Shown: one piece after another, positions 63,881 through 64,000 of the stretch
How the letters are laid out: each line of letters begins with the position of its first letter
Position numbering within the stretch: the first letter of the stretch is position 1
Origin: Octopus sinensis
Taxonomy: Eukaryota
Direction of reading: 5' to 3'
Length of the DNA stretch: 64,000 nt
Assembly: GCF_006345805.1 (NCBI RefSeq)
Contig: NC_043012.1
Location: forward strand, 22,072,001-22,136,000
Position numbers and translations under genes: made by a program
Notes under the pieces: generated by a model
Told to the model about the DNA's origin: nothing
The model's input: only the letters and a program-made list of their open reading frames with translations
Database searches by the model: none

Positions 63881-64000
63881 GATAGAGAAGAGTTGTGACA
63901 GAACATAAAACAACAGCACAGTTTTCAGTTTATGTACACCACCGGCACCAGCATCACCACCACCCTCATCATCACCACCACCACCATTACCACCATCTAC

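Noticed and set aside
63304-63919. Gly/Pro/His-rich ORFs resembling structural proteins
   Set aside because: All frames are open because of the (GGT)n tract; no splice or domain evidence. The same holds for 55202-56143 and 1957-2497.

Overview
Eukaryotic, very AT-rich, microsatellite- and transposon-saturated 64 kb window with one 100-N scaffold gap (19464-19563). The SINE families and microsatellite load point to an octopus genome; this is inference from recalled repeat sequences, not a search result. No host protein-coding gene is supported, and almost all ORFs in the track are translations of simple repeats. Recognisable coding remnants are all transposon-derived: six R4/Dong-type (RT plus restriction-like endonuclease) LINE fragments, five of them at (TAA)n tracts; an L1/Tx1-type APE endonuclease fragment; two full-length but dead DD34D mariner elements with TIRs; and a Tc1/maT-like C-terminal fragment. 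There are dozens of tRNA-derived SINEs in at least four families and two probable non-autonomous Helitron-group elements. Best leads: (1) at least seven minimal type-I hammerhead-ribozyme-like motifs sharing an extra unpaired base after the CUGANGA box, carried by short non-coding Penelope-like elements that mostly sit in (TA)n tracts. Three are fold-backs whose inversion point lies in the hammerhead, and one (46044-46087) retains the complete catalytic core. (2) A SINE that occurs as head+(body)n concatemers with the same junction at independent loci. All structures were read by eye; long-element boundaries are approximate (about 10-20 nt).
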